From: Candidatus Peregrinibacteria bacterium
Lineage (GTDB): Bacteria > Patescibacteriota > Gracilibacteria > UBA1369 > JABINC01
Direction of reading: 5' to 3'
NCBI GenBank assembly: GCA_018697675.1
Contig: JABINC010000042.1
Span: 7,077 to 71,076, forward strand
DNA length: 64,000 nt
This document shows positions 46,001 through 54,105 of this stretch, piece after piece. Positions within the stretch are counted from its first letter, which is position 1; each line of letters starts with the position of its first letter. The position numbers and the translations under genes were made by a program. The notes beneath the pieces are model-generated. The model searched no databases, was not told the origin of the DNA, and saw nothing but the letters and a program-made list of their open reading frames with translations.

Positions 46001-46858
46001 GGGGCCGTAATAAAGCGCTATACGACCACCACCACCACTACCACTACTAGTTCCAGCTCGATCTCCTCCATTTGCACTTATGGATCCACTACCAGTCAAA
46101 GCTCCATCAACGTTAACAAGAATCGAACCACCGGAGCCTCCTCCTGAATGAGCTCCTCCTCCATTTTTACCATTAGCTGTTAATGTTCCGTCAATCGCTG
46201 CATCTCCGCCAATATCAAGTTTAACCATTCCTCCTCCCCCTCCTCCAGTAGCATTACCACCACCAGAACCGAGAAAGCTCGGATAAATAGATGATCCATA
46301 ACGTCCACCATTATCTGTTGGAGTACGTCCACCTTCACCTCCATAACCAGCTCCTCCTCCAAAACCTGACCCATCGTCAGCTCCTTCACCACCAGGTGCC
46401 GTTTGGTCACCATCAGTCGTCGCTTGATTTGTACATGCATTACTTGCATCAGGACCTGTGGTCGAAGCACAACCACGTCCTTCAACATTGATTTCTCCAT
46501 TTAAAGCAAAATTACCAGTAGTTGAAATATTGAAACCAACTGAGCTTTCAGAGTCATGGACAACAACAACGTCAGCATTGATCGTTACTGAGGCCGCATT
46601 GGTAATAGCCGCACTCAATGAACACACTCCATCTCCTCCAGTATTCGCGAAAGTGACTGCCTCTCCCGTTAAACTAGCTTCATCTACAGCTGTAGGGGAT
46701 CCCATATCCCCACTACAATCTACTTGGGTTATACCTGCGTAACTCCTATCATTTGAGAGAAGAAATCCACCTACTGTTGTTAGCAAAATTGCTAAAATTG
46801 ATATGTGGATATGCACTTTTTTGAGTGAGCGAATTTTGCTCAGTGTTATGTCGATCAT
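40034..46858 (-). CDS. 2274-aa giant surface protein: N-terminal anchor/signal, ~368-aa Gly-rich module x2.5, (Ig-like + FN3) x3, acidic T/E/S linker, SLH-like C-terminus
   Basis: GGGGR(I/M)A(L/I)YY recurs at aa 276, 644 and 1011. (A/V/L)PT(V/L)... Ig-like units start at aa 1171, 1411 and 1652. FN3 units WTA..E(T/S)(N/S)F..Y(S/E)IWYG start at aa 1328, 1566 and 1811. C-terminal FEDVNITDRTAPYIYFFYNKGFIEGYENG...TNAEFVKTL. Confidence 0.85.
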   Translation of the reverse strand: MIDITLSKIRSLKKVHIHISILAILLTTVGGFLLSNDRSYAGITQVDCSGDMGSPTAVDEASLTGEAVTFANTGGDGVCSLSAAITNAASVTINADVVVVHDSESSVGFNISTTGNFALNGEINVEGRGCASTTGPDASNACTNQATTDGDQTAPGGEGADDGSGFGGGAGYGGEGGRTPTDNGGRYGSSIYPSFLGSGGGNATGGGGGGMVKLDIGGDAAIDGTLTANGKNGGGAHSGGGSGGSILVNVDGALTGSGSISANGGDRAGTSSGSGGGGRIALYYGPSSSIGTLKANTTVDAGTLGAAGEDGTILIVSDPDADTDVTDGYNSAETSDDTWLFSGDHFDILDEDDGSDDSTVTLDVASLTIETTSDSLIASDVTTINLTADTLDISENGTIDCGDTATAQWNWLSIDSITWANQDLTCPEIDWGTATDLSFSGSAAIEASKSEDVDAMTINANGTTAGLILTDTASWSGNMLLENLTTLNVGGTASITADTYGCDQEEGPSVSNVCQVAGDSLGGEGVDPDYAGGGGYGGDGGESPSGGVDQGASFGSALHPIHFGAGGGDAANGGAGGGRLKISTTGNAVVDGTISANGQTAPGGNGGGGSGGAVYLRIGGSLSGSGDLNVNGGNASSSNNGDGGGGRIAIYYVSGTPTTLISNATANEGTVGQNGENGTILFAIDPNNDSDGASGFLSTETDDDTWRFIGNRFNLYDLDDGSDDSTVALTVSSLDIDTTGTSDVQSDVTTVNWTVGTLNASGDGIINCVDTSTVQFNWLSIDSFTWADHDMTCRAIDFGVDTDMTFSGSATITTVDELATGITVNNNSADNKRGLTLSGTASFVGNILLENLTTLNIGGTSSLTANAMGCGEFTGATASNTCEDGGDSLGGEGDFSGWAGAGGHGGAGGHAAGGGTYGSQTAPVLMGSGGGAQVAQGGENGGDGGGRIILQTSGNAVINGAVSVDGENGGPATGGGGSGGSLYLVTIGELSGTGSLDAKGGNSSGGSNGSGGGGRMAIYYGTLGGGESVSSSGDVAAGTGGTVGGVGTLEKAALSAPDAPTISSPANSATGVSRTPTVTSSAFSGDISHTYTDWEIAEDSDFTKIIWSYTGEATSNLESIVVNSSNGTFAGRHAGQTQLQAGTYYIRARHANAVGESSDGASNSFTVLNTAPTVASLSASQHTDGTGVVDLEFIIDDANDDNLVEAKVEVYNGSSWTAATLSTDGGDTSATYGTPTVDNGETYQVGNAPTSYISTSSGANTINVDWDVASDFADLDTSSAQFRVTPYDQGGEGTVQTSTTFTVDLVAPTTPGSLSKDSGSGTTAVMTWTASTETNFANYSIWYGTSQSDVQNLISSEWSDSNDGDLATISTTTTTVTGLTAGNTYYALICGVDDYGNEGCGSDISFVTNQVPTVTSVSGSPSTDGSGEVRVTVAGVDDPDDDDTLQLKVEYNTGAGWTKATITEGAISATYGNPNIENDNAYQVGNASGYITTSSGANQLIFKWESMTDEPTADLSTAKLRVIPYDGVADGSEAESSSLTLDNVAPSGMASFAASATTSSTITWGWTAASSETSFDHYEIWYGENQSDVENRTGTATEWDDSDDSNFTTMSTSSTTITGLNENKTYYAKIWAIDSYTNEATLSAATANNNGLPTLSNATATQATDGSGEVTVQFSIDDADDDDTLQVQGQYNIGSGWVPIDFSETAEDISVSAGTESVSVENDNTYQIGNASGYIKSSSGINTVRIVWPTLSQVGGDVFDTSSAQVRLTPYDATENGAILSISSVTLDNVDPTTIAGVLVSRSGDDLAVSWTAPTESNFDHYEIWYGTTAADVENRTGTATEYDNDDDSNLATLATTSTSISGLDLSSPGETYYASIFAVDDYGNETTTTSSFFTGVVGTSSSVSRSSSDTEDAAEEAEGTTEVSEEASESSTEDTEATEAAEAGVERTGTTGAEAPGISETTDGISTVETTDQTDPEEGSSETSAMGNLIKNTQQIVEEKEYTTEAKGRLERLIDSKTSEASPWSARHFKALLKNESVSEYINTSGPLAVFIQKTAEKPNKTITQEDALKILIATTTSEKKVMQDFNNQALKAAEDRGLVSQSDALDSEATLTRAQALILLFKTASPEFRSTFMDTILEEFGPGALPFEDVNITDRTAPYIYFFYNKGFIEGYENGRYDNGKLFKPDAEMTNAEFVKTLNLVQQEMKRLEEESPETLSFKDRFTALLNFRKGIGPSNSKDRKIALFNSSGIEKLSTQEERERRVQKFIRMFSR

Positions 46859-46972
46859 TTCGTATTTGGTAAATCTATAATTTAATCTTCTGATTATACC
46901 AAAAAAATGCCTTTTTTTGAAGGGTAAAAGTGCATTACATGGCGAATTTGAAAGGGTTTGAGGTTTTTCAAT

Positions 46973-48502
46973 TTAACCAAGGCTGCGGCGCATGAGGCCG
47001 GATTTTACTATTACGTCTGTTGCTGGGGAATTTTGTTGCAGTTGCCAGTACGCGGATGAAGAGAGGTTTCTGTGGATGAAGTGATGGGGTTTCTCTGGAC
47101 CAATTGGGATTTCGAGTATCTCTTCAATTAGGCGGATGTCTTCTTTGTAATCCGCTAGAGCTGGGTATTCTTGCATAAGTAATTCGAGGTTTTCTGGGTT
47201 AAAATATTTACCTGCGTGAATTAGATCTGCTCGGAGATTTTTGTATAATTTCTCTATCAAGTGAAATCTTCCCTGTCTTTTTAGGGCATTTAGACCCCGC
47301 CCAGTCCCTATGAATTCTGGAGGAAGTCCTATTGAATAAAGTGCTCCTGTGAACTTGATTGCGCGTGGGAGTTTCACTTCGCCGATTCCTCTACTATAAC
47401 CAAAAAGTCCTATGTGAAGGATTCGTTCGCGGCGCCCCGGAACATCTTCGGCGATCCTGTTTATGAGTGGAGCAATTGCCTCTACAGTGCCTCTATAAAA
47501 TTGGCCAAAAATATCATTGATCTCTAGGACTGCTACTATTTCTGAATCTGATAATTCAAGTGGTTTTGAGCTCGGAAGTGTTCTTTTCAAAAGTTTATAG
47601 GCTGCCTGCACCTCTTCTTCTGAATAATCATATCGGAATGCCGACTGAGTAGTGACTGTGCGGACTCCACCCAAATCTTGCAATCTAGACTCAAGATATG
47701 CAGGATTGAGCCCTCCTCGAAATGGCAGTGAGCCTGTCCCAATTATAGGATAAACCTCAACTCCAGTCTGCGCTGAAAATTTGTAATAATAGTTCGAAAT
47801 CGCTGCCCGCATAGCACATTCTGCCGGCACTAGCCCTGCGTTCATCGCCGGATCTGAGCGAGCTATAAAAGGTCTCATATAAGTTATCTCCTGCCCGAAC
47901 TCTTGCTTACAAGCCTCCACATATTCTTTCATGATTTTCCAAGAATTTATAATCGTTTCCGTATCTTCAAAAAGTGGGATCACATTTATTGATTCAGCAT
48001 TTCCCATCTCATGACAAAAAACTTCACGCTCGAATTGCGCTACTTTTCGGAAAGTCCTTTGAATTCTCATAAGTTGATCTGTGTTCGTTGTCATCGGCAA
48101 AATCACTTCAAAAACCGGCGGCCCATAAAACCCACTCGAAGCTGCAAAATCATCTGCTGTTAGGATGCTCATATACGCTCTCGCCACCCTGGCCGTTTTT
48201 TCTTCATCCGTATTTGGCACACGAAAAGTCAAGAAAAAATCCCGCCCAAGATGATGATTTTGAAAAAAGTCAGGATGCTTTCTGAAAAGTTTTTCCACCA
48301 CAGCCTCGTCCACAAACTTCCCTTCCCAATCCCACATATATTCATCCACCCCGTACTCTGCAAACATCCGATAACACTCCTCGAGCTCGTCTGCCACAGT
48401 TACAAATTCTTTATCCAAAAATTTAACTTTCCCAGCATTATCTGGATGCTGAGTTGCCATTATGGTAGGTATTTTTCGACCGCTGCGAGTTATGTTTGTC
48501 AT
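46973..48502 (-). CDS. ppcA: Archaeal-type phosphoenolpyruvate carboxylase
   Basis: ~510 aa with the N-terminal IMATQHPDN signature typical of the short archaeal-type PEPC family. Confidence 0.8.
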   Translation of the reverse strand: MTNITRSGRKIPTIMATQHPDNAGKVKFLDKEFVTVADELEECYRMFAEYGVDEYMWDWEGKFVDEAVVEKLFRKHPDFFQNHHLGRDFFLTFRVPNTDEEKTARVARAYMSILTADDFAASSGFYGPPVFEVILPMTTNTDQLMRIQRTFRKVAQFEREVFCHEMGNAESINVIPLFEDTETIINSWKIMKEYVEACKQEFGQEITYMRPFIARSDPAMNAGLVPAECAMRAAISNYYYKFSAQTGVEVYPIIGTGSLPFRGGLNPAYLESRLQDLGGVRTVTTQSAFRYDYSEEEVQAAYKLLKRTLPSSKPLELSDSEIVAVLEINDIFGQFYRGTVEAIAPLINRIAEDVPGRRERILHIGLFGYSRGIGEVKLPRAIKFTGALYSIGLPPEFIGTGRGLNALKRQGRFHLIEKLYKNLRADLIHAGKYFNPENLELLMQEYPALADYKEDIRLIEEILEIPIGPEKPHHFIHRNLSSSAYWQLQQNSPATDVIVKSGLMRRSLG

Positions 48503-48557
48503 AGTAATTTATAGAGAAATTTTGTTAAAGGCTACTGCGTAATAGCCCCTCGGATGC

Positions 48558-48585
48558 ATACTACATAGACGTAAATTTTTGACAA
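48558..48585 (-). promoter_or_regulatory. Putative promoter for ppcA (TTGTCA-N16-TAGTAT on the minus strand)
   Basis: -35 at plus 48580-48585 and -10 at plus 48558-48563, about 55 nt upstream of the ATG. Confidence 0.35.
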
Positions 48586-48624
48586 TATTTTCTAATAGCC
48601 AAAAACGAGAATTTATACTCCTAT

Positions 48625-48657
48625 CAAAAAGCCCCTCACCGCGGACGATGAAGAGCT
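48625..48657 (-). terminator. Putative rho-independent terminator of the NSS transporter gene
   Basis: Minus-sense AGCUCUUCA-N10-UGAGGGGCU forms a 9-bp stem (two G-U pairs) followed by UUUUU, 50 nt after the stop codon. Confidence 0.4.
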
Positions 48658-48707
48658 TTTGGTTTCTTATTTTTTACGCCTTGAGGGCGTGGCAGGCCTG
48701 CGGCCTT

Positions 48708-50192
48708 TTAAGCTGAATTTCCCTTTTTAAAAGAAAGAATAAATGCAACCAGGACAACTAGACCCACTGGAATAAGTCCCCATTTTATCACAAATGACAT
48801 GTCATATCCTCCATATGGAGCTGCCAATTCTGATGGTAATGTCATTAGGTAAAGTCCTCCAAATACTATTGGGGCTACCCATTTGATCAAATATTCAAGC
48901 CATTTACCAACGTTCGCCCCTGATGTTTCATTAATAGTTTTTCGAATTTTATCAGCACCATAAAACCATCCAATTACAATTAGCTGAAAGATAACACCGA
49001 TATATAAAAGATGTGCAAATAAGAAATGATCAGCTACATCCAATCTATAAAGTCCGTTACCAGTAGCGAAACAAAGACTCCAAAAGAATAGGATAACACA
49101 GAAAATTAATGTCACCTTCTCCAAGCTGAACTTCTTGAACCATTTGAATTGATTTCTGAATGTAGAATTAACAACCTCAACGATTGCAAACATCGAATCA
49201 ATTCCAAGTGTTAGAATTGCAATAAAGAATATTGTTGCAAAGAAAGCTGGAGCAATAGGAAGAGTCGCAAGAGCTGTTGGAATAGTAACAAATGCAAGAG
49301 TCGGACCTGATTGTACAACCTCTTCAATACTAATTCCTGTTGATGCTGACATATATCCAAGTGTTCCAAACATCGCAAGCCCAGCAACAAGACTCACCGC
49401 CAAATCTCCAAACCCAATGAGCCAAGCTGATTGAACAATTTCTGTCTTTGATTTGTTGTAACTAGCATAAAGCATTGTCAAAACCAGACCTACATTTGTC
49501 GAGAAAAATGACATAAGAAGGGCGTCTCTCCAAAGGGTAGGTTTTGCAAAACTCGCCCAATCCGGGACTAAAAAGTATTTATATCCTTCCATCGCTCCCT
49601 CAAGAGTAGCTGAATTTATGAAAAGTACGAGTAATAATAAAAATGGTATAGGCACTGTCCATTTAACCACTTTCCCAACCGAAACTGCTCCTTTGAAAAT
49701 AGAAAAATATACAGCGACGTAACCTGCTAAAACTCCTAGCACAAGCTTCCATGAAAGACCTCCAACTATAGAAGGTGATTCTGTAAGATGGAGCACTTCT
49801 CCATGGAAATAAGTTTGAGCATCGGTGCCCCATGCAACAGTTGGACTAGCTGCTAGGAAATCAAATCCCCAACCTATAATTGCTGCGTAATATCCAGCAA
49901 GTACAAAAAGTAAACCAATCACAAACCAGGCTGTGAATTTACCGAATCGACCGGCTCTTGTCCTTCCCATTGCTTCTACTACTTCTGTTTTTGAAGCTTG
50001 CCCAAAAGCAATCTCCATCATCATCAAAGGTTTTGTGAAGAAGACAAGACATAGCAAATATGCAATGACAAATGCCCCTCCCCCGTTTTCGTATGCGAGA
50101 TACGGGAATCTCCAAAGGTTACCAAGTCCAGCAGCCGCACCGATTGCAGCCAAGATAAATACCGTCCTGGAACTCCATAGCTGAGCTTTCAT
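48708..50192 (-). CDS. Neurotransmitter:sodium symporter (NSS/SNF) family transporter
   Basis: WSSRTVFILAAIGAAAGLGNLWRFPYLAYENGGGAF signature plus ~11-12 TM helices. I prefer the start at MKAQLW (50192). The ORF-track N-terminal extension runs into the divergent rlmD start. Confidence 0.85.
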   Translation of the reverse strand: MKAQLWSSRTVFILAAIGAAAGLGNLWRFPYLAYENGGGAFVIAYLLCLVFFTKPLMMMEIAFGQASKTEVVEAMGRTRAGRFGKFTAWFVIGLLFVLAGYYAAIIGWGFDFLAASPTVAWGTDAQTYFHGEVLHLTESPSIVGGLSWKLVLGVLAGYVAVYFSIFKGAVSVGKVVKWTVPIPFLLLLVLFINSATLEGAMEGYKYFLVPDWASFAKPTLWRDALLMSFFSTNVGLVLTMLYASYNKSKTEIVQSAWLIGFGDLAVSLVAGLAMFGTLGYMSASTGISIEEVVQSGPTLAFVTIPTALATLPIAPAFFATIFFIAILTLGIDSMFAIVEVVNSTFRNQFKWFKKFSLEKVTLIFCVILFFWSLCFATGNGLYRLDVADHFLFAHLLYIGVIFQLIVIGWFYGADKIRKTINETSGANVGKWLEYLIKWVAPIVFGGLYLMTLPSELAAPYGGYDMSFVIKWGLIPVGLVVLVAFILSFKKGNSA

Positions 50193-50312
50193 AAGATTTA
50201 AGTTAGATATTAAATTGAAATGATATTTTCTGTGGGATTTTAGCAATTCTCTTGTGTTTTTGAAAGGAAATAGACTAAAAAGGGTGGTGTAAACTCTAAA
50301 AAATGTCAAAAA

Positions 50313-51785
50313 ATGCAAAAAGGGAAAGAAATTCTCATTCGAATCGAACGCGTGGGCTTCAAAGGAGTTGGAGTTGGCGTGCTGGAGAAGGCGCTGAATG
50401 AAGAGCTTCTGGATGATGATATCGGCAAGAAAGTTCTGGTTCAAAATACTTTACCTGGCGAACTTGTGCTAGCGAACGTGAGTCGAAATAAGAAGAATTA
50501 TATTGAAGCTAGGAAAGTGAAAACTCTTGAAGTTTCGCCACTTGCGGTGGAGCCCAGGTGTCCGCATTTTAAGATTTGTGGTGGATGTAAATGGCAGAAT
50601 CTGCCTTATGATGAGCAGTTGAAATTGAAACAGGAACATGTGAGAGAAGCTCTCGAACATATTGGAGGATTTGAAAATTTGGAAGAGGTTGTTAGACCGA
50701 TTATTGGATGCAGCTCTCCTTGGAATTATCGAAACAAAGTCGAATTGAGTTTCGGCTGGGATGAAAATATGGAGCAAACTTTTGGATTTCACAGTGAGGG
50801 GCGGCGGCATGATATTTTTGACATTTCTGAATGTCATCTGATGTCGCCGAGGATGTTTGAGATTGCCACATCAGTTAAGGGCTTTGTTGAGAAGAATAAT
50901 TTAAAGCCTTTTAAATTCAGAGAGAATGCTGGGCTGCTCCGGTCACTCATCATTCGCGAGGGCAAAAATACTGGAGAGGTGCTCGTAGATCTACTTTGTA
51001 GTGGAGAGGATTTCCCCGCTAATTTGAAGGAAGAGTTCGTAGAGATTTTGAAAAACTTAAATGTAGATTCTGTGTATCTAACTCACATAAAAACTGCTCG
51101 AGGTCAGAGGACGCAGAGGGAAGATATTTTGCTGCACGGAAAAGAAAAAATTGAAGAAAAGATGACCATTTCTCGAGATGAAAATGATGGGGCTCATAAC
51201 GAACAATACACCTTCGAAATTTCACCTTCTTCCTTCTTTCAGCCAAACACTTTGCAGGCAGAAATTCTTTATAAAGAAGCAATTGAAAACCTCAAATTGG
51301 AGCCAGATGATACAGTTCTCGATCTCTTTTGTGGTACTGGAACAATTGGAATTATTTTGGCTAAATTCGCTTCTCAAGTCATAGGTATTGAGCTCAATCC
51401 CGATGCAGTAGAAGATGCCAAGAAAAATGCTGAATTAAACAATGAAGGCAACATAGAATTCCTAGTTGGAGATGTTGGGAAGGTTTTGGAGGAGCTGGAA
51501 AATGAAGGACAGTTAGATAAATTGGTGGGCAAGAAGATCGTTATAGATCCGCCGAGATCAGGACTAACGCCTCTTATGATTGAATATATTTTGAAACTTT
51601 CTCCAACCACAATAAGCTATGTCTCCTGCAATCCTTCAACACAAGCTCGCGACCTAAAAGACCTCTACGAAAACGGCTATAAAATCACTTCTGTACAACC
51701 CGTCGATATGTTTCCCCATACGTACCACATTGAAAATGTTGTGGGTTTATCCAAATCTCTTGGCGAAGAATCGAAGGCCTCGTAG
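50313..51785 (+). CDS. rlmD: 23S rRNA (uracil-5-)-methyltransferase RlmD/RumA family (TRAM + [4Fe-4S] Cys + SAM MTase)
   Basis: TRAM-like N-terminus, Cys cluster RCPHFKICGGCKWQ, SAM motif LDLFCGTGTIG, IDPPRSG, and the catalytic YVSCNP. Confidence 0.85.
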   Translation: MQKGKEILIRIERVGFKGVGVGVLEKALNEELLDDDIGKKVLVQNTLPGELVLANVSRNKKNYIEARKVKTLEVSPLAVEPRCPHFKICGGCKWQNLPYDEQLKLKQEHVREALEHIGGFENLEEVVRPIIGCSSPWNYRNKVELSFGWDENMEQTFGFHSEGRRHDIFDISECHLMSPRMFEIATSVKGFVEKNNLKPFKFRENAGLLRSLIIREGKNTGEVLVDLLCSGEDFPANLKEEFVEILKNLNVDSVYLTHIKTARGQRTQREDILLHGKEKIEEKMTISRDENDGAHNEQYTFEISPSSFFQPNTLQAEILYKEAIENLKLEPDDTVLDLFCGTGTIGIILAKFASQVIGIELNPDAVEDAKKNAELNNEGNIEFLVGDVGKVLEELENEGQLDKLVGKKIVIDPPRSGLTPLMIEYILKLSPTTISYVSCNPSTQARDLKDLYENGYKITSVQPVDMFPHTYHIENVVGLSKSLGEESKAS

Positions 51786-52577
51786 ACCTGGCTCTTCTTC
51801 GACCATGTCGTCTGGGCACTCTCCTAAATCCTTGTATCCTCTGCTAAGGGCTACTCTGGTTATATATTCGCAAGTTGCCTGTCTCGGATCTACATTCAAG
51901 GCTGTTAAATAGGCCCTACTTATTACCTCTTTACCTTCATCTGTAAATCCTGGATGATCCAGTAGAACTCTTCTTTCTCGCGCTACATATAGTTCTACTT
52001 CTTCTAAAAAATGTGTCGCTTGCCCTCCACGAAATTTTGGTTCCAGATATAGGGCATGAGCAACAAATGTCATACCAATTTCATCATCTGGATCAGCTAA
52101 TTTGAATACGTCTTTTTCATAAGATTCGGTAACTCCATCTACTAATATCACACCTTGGATTTCATCTCTTACGCAAGCTACTATTACCGCAAAAGAGTTT
52201 GTTAACATTCGTTCAAAAAGTTTATCTGAAGAGTAATGTTCATCAAAATCCTGTTCATATTGCTCTTGCTCAGCTGGAGGAAGTATTTCACCAGCTTTTC
52301 TTCCTAGTTCGCAAATTTTGTCGAATATTTCTGCTACATTGTGTTGAACAATAGCCCAAAACCAACTTGGATACTCACCATCTGATCCTGAAGACACACC
52401 ATGCTGTGCTGCATATCTAACGGCAAGGTAATTTTTATTTACAACTTTAAAATTCAACTCTTCTGGTTGCAGTGACCGTTCTGGCTGTATTGGCTTTGTA
52501 GGAATACGTCCTTCCTTTACTGCGTGGGAAAGTGGATCTCTTCCCGAGGGAGTTAAACCTGCTTGTCCTATTTTCAT
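51747..52577 (-). CDS. Hypothetical 276-aa protein, translationally coupled to cca (weak GNAT-like resemblance only)
   Basis: The start codon overlaps the cca stop (4-nt overlap). The 3' end overlaps the convergent rlmD 3' end by 39 nt. ALYLEPKFRGGQATHFLEEVE is only loosely like GNAT motif A. Confidence 0.45.
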   Translation of the reverse strand: MKIGQAGLTPSGRDPLSHAVKEGRIPTKPIQPERSLQPEELNFKVVNKNYLAVRYAAQHGVSSGSDGEYPSWFWAIVQHNVAEIFDKICELGRKAGEILPPAEQEQYEQDFDEHYSSDKLFERMLTNSFAVIVACVRDEIQGVILVDGVTESYEKDVFKLADPDDEIGMTFVAHALYLEPKFRGGQATHFLEEVELYVARERRVLLDHPGFTDEGKEVISRAYLTALNVDPRQATCEYITRVALSRGYKDLGECPDDMVEEEPGLRGLRFFAKRFG

Positions 52578-53980
52578 AATTCTTGTTGGTTCTGAATAAA
52601 CTCTATTGCCTCCTCTTTGGTTCTCACGCGGTGAGCATGAATTTGATCTTCGAGGGAGGCGATGAGCTTACCAAGTTCTGGGCCAGGTGTCAAATCTGTC
52701 AACTCCATGATTTCTTCTCCGGTGAGGAGGTGCGGGAATTCTTCTGGACGTTCGAGTAACCACTTATGATAAAGGTGATTTAGTTCATCGAAAGTTGTGT
52801 AGTCACTCGGGTCTGTGCCGGCTATGTCGGCGCGGAATATTTCCATTAAGTCGACGAAATATGGGTTTCTGAACCATTTGTTTCGAGTTCCCTCTGGCAT
52901 GTCTATAAGAGAATTTAAATTCATGTGATGTGAAGTGACCCAGGTGATGTGCTCGATATCTTTTCTTGAAAATTTTAGTCTTTCTAGAGCCTGGGTTGCA
53001 ATTTTGAGAGATTCTTCTGCGTGGTGGTCAAACCTTATGCGCGTTTTTTGATCGGCAGGTGCGTCTTTTGGATTATCTATACCAATTTTGAAAGTGAGTG
53101 GTTTTGCGATGTCGTGTAAAAGGGCCGCCCAACGAACGTGGAAAGTAGAGGGCTCCGGCGGACCGCCTTCCATATCTTTTAGAAATTCTTTGTCGAGGTA
53201 TGGTTCTGTTTGTTGAGAGGCAGCCGCAAGCGTCTGCATGGTGTGTTCGAAAACATCTCCCTCATGGTGATATTCATGGGGCTGCGCGACACCTTTTGTA
53301 GCCTCCAGTTCTGGCATTATATCCGTGAGCATTTGTAGTTCATGGAGCTCCCTAAATGCCTCGGCGGGTCGGTCTGAGAGCATTATTTTGTTGAGCTCTG
53401 CTTGGATTCTTTCTGCGGATACTTTTCCCGTTTTGTTTGCATGCTTTTTTATCGCTTGATAGGTTTCTGCGTCCCATTGGAAGTCGAGCGAGTGCTTGAA
53501 TCTGACCGCACGGAGGAGCCGCAGGTGATCTTCGAGGATACGTTTTTCAGGATCTCCTACGAATTTTATGAGCCCTTGTTCTAGGTCTCGCTGGCCCTCA
53601 ACGAAGTCGAGGACTTTGTCCTCGATGGGATCATAAAATAAAGCGTTTATCGTGAAGTCACGCCGCTTCGCGTCGTCGATGGGATCTGTAAAAGTTACGT
53701 AATCCGGCCGCCTACCATCTGAATATCCGCTATCTGACCGAAAAGTAGCAATCTCAAATGTGAAATTATTTTCATGAACGAGGATCACGCCAAATTCTTT
53801 GCCGATTGGATATGTTTTTTCAAATATCTCCTCGATCTCCTCGGGAGTGGCATTTGTAACAATATCAAAATCCTTCGGATGAACATTGAGAAGCATATCG
53901 CGAACACATCCTCCAGCCCAGTAAGCTGTGAATCCGCGGTCTTTCAAAGTTTGCACGAGTTGTATTGAAGTTGATTTCAT
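52574..53980 (-). CDS. cca: CCA-adding enzyme (tRNA nucleotidyltransferase) with HD domain
   Basis: YWAGGCVRDMLLNVHPKDFDIVTNA, RRDFTINA, and the HD region ALLHDIAKP. Confidence 0.85.
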   Translation of the reverse strand: MKSTSIQLVQTLKDRGFTAYWAGGCVRDMLLNVHPKDFDIVTNATPEEIEEIFEKTYPIGKEFGVILVHENNFTFEIATFRSDSGYSDGRRPDYVTFTDPIDDAKRRDFTINALFYDPIEDKVLDFVEGQRDLEQGLIKFVGDPEKRILEDHLRLLRAVRFKHSLDFQWDAETYQAIKKHANKTGKVSAERIQAELNKIMLSDRPAEAFRELHELQMLTDIMPELEATKGVAQPHEYHHEGDVFEHTMQTLAAASQQTEPYLDKEFLKDMEGGPPEPSTFHVRWAALLHDIAKPLTFKIGIDNPKDAPADQKTRIRFDHHAEESLKIATQALERLKFSRKDIEHITWVTSHHMNLNSLIDMPEGTRNKWFRNPYFVDLMEIFRADIAGTDPSDYTTFDELNHLYHKWLLERPEEFPHLLTGEEIMELTDLTPGPELGKLIASLEDQIHAHRVRTKEEAIEFIQNQQEL

Positions 53981-54105
53981 GATTTGTTGATTTCATACTA
54001 CTTCACGCGACCCATAGAATAGCGCCGAGAACGTGAATTGTAAAACACTCCTTGTAATTTTGCCCATTCATAGATAGCCTCGATCCTGGCCCCGCACTCA
54101 CAATT

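Noticed and set aside
41779-46500. Numerous 60-140-aa ORFs on both strands inside the giant gene (e.g. 41779-42204, 43863-44111, 44220-44495, 45069-45330, 46180-46500), and similar ones inside 22201-25851
   Set aside because: These are shadow ORFs produced by the repetitive Gly/Thr/Ser/Asp codon composition of the giant genes. None has independent start signals or motifs.
40034-46858. Diversity-generating retroelement target (common in candidate phyla)
   Set aside because: There is no reverse transcriptase gene, no template/variable repeat pair and no C-type-lectin-like C-terminus in the window.
50193-50444. N-terminal 84-aa extension of the NSS transporter ORF
   Set aside because: The extension has no transporter homology and overlaps the divergent rlmD start. 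The conserved NSS N-terminus begins right after the Met at 50192.
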